Shown one piece after another: positions 48,452 through 64,000 of a stretch of DNA of 64,000 nucleotides. The notes below the pieces were generated by a model. That model saw nothing but the letters and a program-made list of their open reading frames with translations. It did not search any database and was not told the DNA's origin. The stretch is from Antechinus flavipes (lineage: Eukaryota), in contig NC_067400.1 in NCBI RefSeq assembly GCF_016432865.1, positions 619,876,001 to 619,940,000 on the forward strand, given 5' to 3'. The translations under genes were made by a program, and so were the position numbers. Within the stretch, counting starts at the first letter, position 1, and the number at the start of each line of letters is the position of its first letter.

Positions 48452-49489
48452 GAATCCAGTCCTAGATTCAATGAATAAACCCAAAGTTGCTCATTGGATT
48501 GATGTGTGTCTCATTACTCCCAACCCTAACCCTGACTGTACGCTCTGCCTGGATGCTTGGGTCTCGGAATCCGTCATGTCTCAATCTTTTCGCTCTTCAA
48601 TCGTTTTCCCCCTCTCCCAGCCACATATCCTTTCCCACTCTCCTTGACTCCTTGTCTCCCCAGAACACTACTTTAGGATTCACAAGTACCTTCCCTCCCT
48701 CCTTTTTCTCTGCTCCATGTCCTGCTCTTTACTTCCAACCAGTTTCCCAATCTCCCTTTCTCCCTTTCTCCCAATACTCCATAGGTCTCGGGGTCTTCTC
48801 TTCCCAATCTCCCCTTGTCCCTCTCTCCCAATACTCCATAGGTCTCTGTCTTCTCCCCCATCGTCTTCCTGAATCCCCTCCTTTCTCTCCCCCCCCCCTT
48901 CCTTTCTCTGGGTCTTTCCCATCCTCCCATTCTGCTGCTCCTCCCCTCCCAATTTTTCCCCTACTCCTGCCCTTAGACTATCCTCTGTTGCCCTCCTCCT
49001 GCCTTTACTTTTGTCCTCCACGACCCCAGACGTCTCCTTAAGTCCCCCATCGATCACTGAGCCGAGAGGGCTCCCTCTCCTCATGGAAAATACCGTGTGT
49101 GTGTCTTTAATGAGGTATAGGGGAGGTTCTGGAATTCCTTCCTCATAGAGACCCCGGCCCCCTCCCCCACTCAGCCTCCATCTCCCCAGCCCGGGCGGGA
49201 GGTGCTGGAGCCGTGTGGGGCTTCCCTCAAATGAAGGGACTCGTCCTGAGGAGCAGGCTAGCGGAGCTAGGCGGGAGCCTCGCAGGTGGGGAGCTCCCCT
49301 CGGACGGCAGGCTGTGGGGGCTGGGCCAGGTGGGAGCCGGGCAGAGGGGGGCCCGGGATGTGGAGAGGATTCCCTTCCGAGGGAAGGGCTCCGAGGTGAT
49401 CCGGGGAAGAAGGGAGCGGGGGACAAGGGCCCCTTTCCACGCCTGGAGTCCCAGTCCTGCCGCGCCCCCTTGCCTGCAGCGGCCCCTGG

Positions 49490-51121
49490 ATGGGGGTGAA
49501 GCGAAGCCTGCAGAGCGCCGGCCTGTGCCTGGGCATCTTGGCCAACGTCCTGGTCGTGCTGGCCACCTCCACCGACTTCTGGAGCCGCTTCTCCGATGGC
49601 CACAACGGGCTGTGGAGACTCTGTCGAAGAAGGAACTGTACCAACTCCCCCTGCGAGAGTGAGGGCCACTCCGCCCCGCCCCTCCCCCAGGGGCCCAGAA
49701 CTGGGGGTCCCCCGACCTGCCGGCCCAGGGCCCGGTTTCCTGAACCGTTACCACGCAGGCTGGTCTCCCACGTCCCTTCCAACAGCAAATAGTTGCTTCA
49801 GTTGCTCCACATCCTCACCACCAGGTCCCCGCCTGTTACGGCGGAGGCTGGGGACGGGCCCGGCTATCACGCGGCCTCCTTTCCTCCTCGTAGCCTCTTA
49901 GGCACAAAGCGGGACCGAGGGCCCCTCTGGGGTGGGGCGGGGCCCAGGAGGGGTTTCTGCGGCCACCTCCACTCTCTCCTCTTTCCCCCAGCCATGCTGG
50001 CGGCCACGGCGGCCTGTGTGGTGTTGGCCGCTGGCGCGGGCCTCTTGGCCTCCATGCTGGGCGTTCGAGTCCTGCTCGCATCCAGGACCGGGAACCTTAT
50101 CCCCCCGCGGGGTCGGAACGCCTGCCTGGTGTTCTTCCTGAGCGGTGAGAGGCTCCCAGCCGACAGGGGGCGGGGCCGGGCCCAGAGGGCTGGGGAGGCC
50201 TAGGGAGGGGGGCTCAGGCCGGGGAGGCTAACTCCAGCCTCCCTTTTGAGAAGGCGCGAAGGGAAAGGGAGGCTCAGGTTAGATGAAGGCCCACCCGGGC
50301 TGACAAAGCCGGAGGCCGGCCGGGCCAGGAGCGCATCCTCAGAATGATGGATTAGGAGAGAACGGAGCTCGCTCTGCTAAAATGGGAGGCCGCGGGAGAG
50401 GGACCGACCCAGCCCGGGCCTAGGGAGGGGGCGGAGCCAGACCAAGAACATAAGAGAGGGGGCGGAGCCAGACCAAGCAAAGTAGGGGGGCCAGGGGACG
50501 GGCGGGGGCCGCAGCCGTCTGGAGCAGTCGCGGGGTGCCTCGGCCCCCCAGCTCCGCTCACGCAAGGGTCGGGGTGGGGGCAGCGCTGCTGCTGCTGGCA
50601 GGCATGGTGGGCTACACTGCGCGGGACGCGTGGAAGGCGGACAGCTTCTTCTCCTGGTCCTACTTCACCGCCTGGCTGGCCCTGCCCTTCTCCATCCTCG
50701 CAGGTAGCGAGGTCCAGGTGGAGACACGCCCTTCCACCCGCCTCAGGGACGCCCACTTTCCTCTCTTAGATTCACCAAGGCCCCTCCTCTCCCCTCCCCT
50801 CCCCCCCACTTCGGCTGCCAGGGACTCCCAGTCCTACTCTCCAGTCACTTAGATCGCTCCTCCAAAGACACGCAGTGCTAGAACTCCGACCCTGCATGGG
50901 ATTCCCCAGGATCCCTCCCTCCGAGTCACCCTCCCCAGCTGCCCACCTAGACCCGAGATCCTCAGCCCTCCCAGCCCCCTCCCCGGGACCCCCACCCTCA
51001 GGACCCTCCGTCGCCTTCCCACTGAGTGACCTATCCCCCTCCCCTAGGCTTCTGCTTCCTCTTCGCGGACATGATCCTGCAGAGCACAGACGCCATCAGC
51101 GGTTTCCCTGTGTGCTTGTGA
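49490..51121 (+). CDS. CLDND2: Claudin domain-containing 2, 171 aa; exons 49490-49658, 49992-50144, 50584-50703, 51048-51121
   Basis: MGVKRSLQS...GHNGLWRLC, FFSWSYFTAWLALPFSILAG and FCFLFADMILQSTDAISGFPVCL match human. AATAAA at 51143-51148. Confidence 0.96.
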
Positions 51122-51364
51122 GCTGCTGGGAGGACCTAGACTAATAAAGGCGCTTCCCTCCCCTTGTCTTGCTGGATTTCCCTCCTCCAGGAAGCCTTCC
51201 CGGATAACCCCTGATGGGGGAGGGGGGAAAGGGATGGAGTGACTTAAATTGTGGAAGGGGAGGGGGAAAGGGAAAACACTGAGCCCCCCTCCTCTCCATG
51301 TGGCCCCGCCTTCCCCCCTCCGAGGTCCCACCCCTGCTCGCCCTTTCTCCCAGTTCCACGCTCC

Positions 51365-51860
51365 TCTCTTCCGGACTCGCTCCCGCACATGCGCAACGAA
51401 TGCGGAGTCTGGAGAAAAGACGAGAGGGGTTCCAGGAGGCCCACTCTACCAACTGTGTGCCCTTTGCCCGCTTTGGCGTCCAAACCTCGCCTTCTGCACA
51501 CACCTCCTCCCTTCATTGGTCCGTGGTCGCGCGGCCTTCCCCAAGCTTCCAAGATATTCGATTGCTGATTGGATAATGGGCTGAGAGAGGGCATAACGAG
51601 ATCATGATGCAGTTTCTGATTGGCGAAGGGTGGCGGGGCGGTGTAGGAAGGAGTGTTGGGTAAGAGGCAGAGCAGTTTTGGAGGCGGGAGAGGAGAGGCG
51701 GATGAATTAGTGGTTACTGATTGGTGAAGGCCGCAATCAAGGGGCGGAGCCTAGGGACAGCCTCAGTCTCTGGTTGGTGAACAGCTGTAAGGGCGGAGCG
51801 CTCGAGAACCTGAGCTCGTACTGGCCAAGGGGTCACAGAGTTAGGCCCGACGGCGACAGA
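51365..51860 (+). promoter_or_regulatory. ETFB CpG-island promoter with ETS/GABPA, NRF1-like, NF-Y and Sp1 motifs
   Basis: CTTCCGG at ~51369, GCACATGCGCA at 51385-51395, several ATTGG boxes (~51516, 51568, 51619, 51719), and GGGCGG boxes (~51633, 51741, 51790). Confidence 0.6.
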
Positions 51861-51869
51861 AACGTCAAC

Positions 51870-56077
<4,208 letters not shown>

Positions 56078-56581
56078 CCCCCTTCCCCCAATAAATTTGT
56101 TGCACCCTCCCCCTTTCCCTCCTCTGCCTCGTTGTTGAGCTGTCTGCTCGGTGAACTTCGGAATCCCCCGGAACGCCACCGGAGCCCATCCTTTCCACCA
56201 TCTTGGTGCTGCTTCCCTGGGGTCCGAGGGGTGCGCACTCCCCAAGGACCTTGGGGCCGAGCTCTAGGGCTTGTTCAGGAGCCGGGGAATGCCCAAAGTC
56301 AAGGCGGCTTCCCCTTCCAAGCCCGTACCCCGCTTTGGTCAGGCTTATTCCTTGTTGCCGATGCCTTCAAGCTTAATGCTCGCTAGCTCAGATGGGAGAG
56401 AAGTGTGGAGGGGAGGGTGGCAGCCACAGTCCCGTCACAGGTCTATTCATAAATCCATGGGCTGCGTCCCCTGTCTCCTTGAGGGCTCCCCACCCAGGAA
56501 GCCGCTTGTCTCGTCAGACCCGTCTTGGCTCTGGGAGGGTTGGGAAGCCGGACCTATCTCTGGCTTTTTGCCTTTGACAAT

Positions 56582-62293
<5,712 letters not shown>

Positions 62294-62839
62294 ACCAGAG
62301 CGGCCCGTGGGGGCCTGAGAACACGAAGCTGCCCGGGGCTCACCCCGGCCGAACATGAAGGACCGTGGCCTTGCACCACTGAGCTCGGCTCGCTGATTTG
62401 CACAATGGAAGCCCGGGGTCTCAAGTCTCATGATTCCACCCAGTCCCCCAAGAGGGAGACTTTCCCACCTTTCCCACCTGGAGAATGGAGCTAAGAAATC
62501 GGCCAGGGAAGACTTCCTCTCGGGCAGTGCACGTTCTCATGCAAGCGCAGGACTGATTGCTCATGGGGGATGGGGGGGACTTTCTGATCCGGCGTGGTGG
62601 AGGGCAGGACTTCCCATACAGCTGCTTGTGGGTTGGTGGCTGTTTGTGTGTGAGGGAACCGTTGTGGACAGCAGCGAGGAATAAAACAGCTGTGTGGACC
62701 TCTGGGTACGTGGGGAGAAGCTGGGGATAAGGATATAGGGATTCCCTCCAAGAGCAAGGGTGGGAGGCCAGAAGCCAAGGTCTCTGGGAAAGAGTGACCT
62801 GGAACAGGGATGCCTCAGGCGGGGTTTTGGAAAAAGGTG

Positions 62840-64000
62840 TTTATTGGTGTGGCGGTTTCAACACTCCCCATGGTTTGGGACACACTGGGTCCCAGGGTCC
62901 TTCTTCCCCACCCACACCCGAGTTCCCCTCCCCTCCCCACCCTCCTCAGGACCCTGGGAATGGAAGACAATGTGGATGGGGCCCATGCCCCCCTCTGAGG
63001 TACAGTCCCTGTCCCTCCCTGATCCAGCCCACCCCCGACCCTCCTTAGCCCTGGCCAGCTCTGAGCGCTATGAACGTTGAGGAAGTTTTTATGTAGCGGA
63101 AGGTGTTAACAAGTATCTCTAGGACTGGGCCCAGGACTCGCCCTCCCTCTGTCTGAGTGGCGGGTTTGGGGGGTCTCTAGTGGGACTAGTTAGCAGCAGG
63201 CTTCTGTTAGGTTCTCTCTGTCCCTTGGCAAAATCACCTCCTCTGGGGTAGAAGCTACAGTTGGACCCGGGGAGCCAAACCCAGAGCAGAAGATAGTTAG
63301 AGCCGGGGAAGGGGGGACAGGGGGGACTATTGCTGATCACAGTCGCTGGTGGGTGCAGGTACATGTAGGTGAGGTACGGTCGGCTGACTGGCGTCAAGAC
63401 AAGACGGGAGCGAGGGCTCAGACGGCCGGCAGCCAGTGGACGGGCCAGGGACGGGCCAGGGACACGGGCAAGCAGCTAAGGTGGCAGAGGGGTGGGGCAG
63501 CACTGCGGCAGACAGCTGAAGCGGGGGAGGCCACAGCCACCGGCCTGACAGTGGGACGGAAGCACCAGTCGGCCTGGGGGGAAGGCCGGAAGGGGGGAGG
63601 GGAGGGATGGTGGGGAGGGGACACCCAGAAATGTGGCAGGCAGCCTCGGTGGTTGGGAGAGGCCCGGAGGTGCCGGTGCCTCCCCCAACTTTTCCCAAGA
63701 TCCAACACGAGGGGGGACGGGGCTCCTGACAGGTGAGAAAGCTAAAGCTAAGCCTGGTGGGGGTGGGGTGGGGTCCAGGGACCCCTGCAGCCAGTGCAGC
63801 CACGGAAAGCTGGCATGCAGAGGTGACGGGCAGCCTGTGGCTGGCAGGGGTGACGGGGTACCCAGAGTGGATCGAGGCCAGGGCCGAGGGGGTCAGGGGT
63901 AACCGGGGAACGGTCGGACACGTGAACGGGTGACGACGATGGCTGTAGAAACGATGCATAATTTTGCGTTTATCCCTCACAGTGATGGGTTCTCTAAGGA
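62840..64000 (-). other. Probable 3' UTR/end of a convergent minus-strand gene (IGLON5 expected by synteny; no coding sequence seen)
   Basis: TTTATT (minus-strand AATAAA) at 62840-62845. In human, IGLON5 converges on VSIG10L. The identity is inferred only. Confidence 0.4.

Noticed and set aside
63327-63980. ORFs at the window end as IGLON5 coding sequence
   Set aside because: No Ig-domain or GPI-signal sequence is recognisable. This is GC-rich, UTR-like sequence.

Overview
This is mammalian genomic DNA, most likely from a dasyurid marsupial, judged from WSINE1-type SINEs and the style of the L1 3' ends. It is syntenic to the human 19q13.41 C19orf84-LIM2-NKG7-CLDND2-ETFB-VSIG10L-IGLON5 block. 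The first ~21 kb is mostly AT-rich and dense in repeats: two env relics, an ERV-L-like gag-pro-pol relic, a solo LTR with a 6-bp TSD, L1, SINEs and an intronless AKT3 fragment. The rest carries GC-rich + strand genes that I assembled by hand from GT-AG sites: C19orf84, LIM2, two additional unnamed four-exon PMP22/claudin-family tetraspan genes (A, 31238-44070; B, 45097-46372), NKG7, CLDND2, ETFB and VSIG10L. A probable convergent 3' UTR (IGLON5 by synteny) ends the window. The main highlights are four. (1) Genes A and B are intact, share the all-phase-1 four-exon architecture of LIM2/NKG7/CLDND2, and have no counterpart I know of at this position in human. (2) C19orf84, the piRNA-methylation adaptor, has a triplicated [DE]WExxY motif and an apparent frameshift with a TGATG stop/start overlap. 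(3) The AKT3 pseudogene's derived changes run AT-to-GC. (4) There is a tandem array of composite SOX and NR5A/ESRR motifs. Orthology calls rely on my recall of the human proteins; no database search was run.
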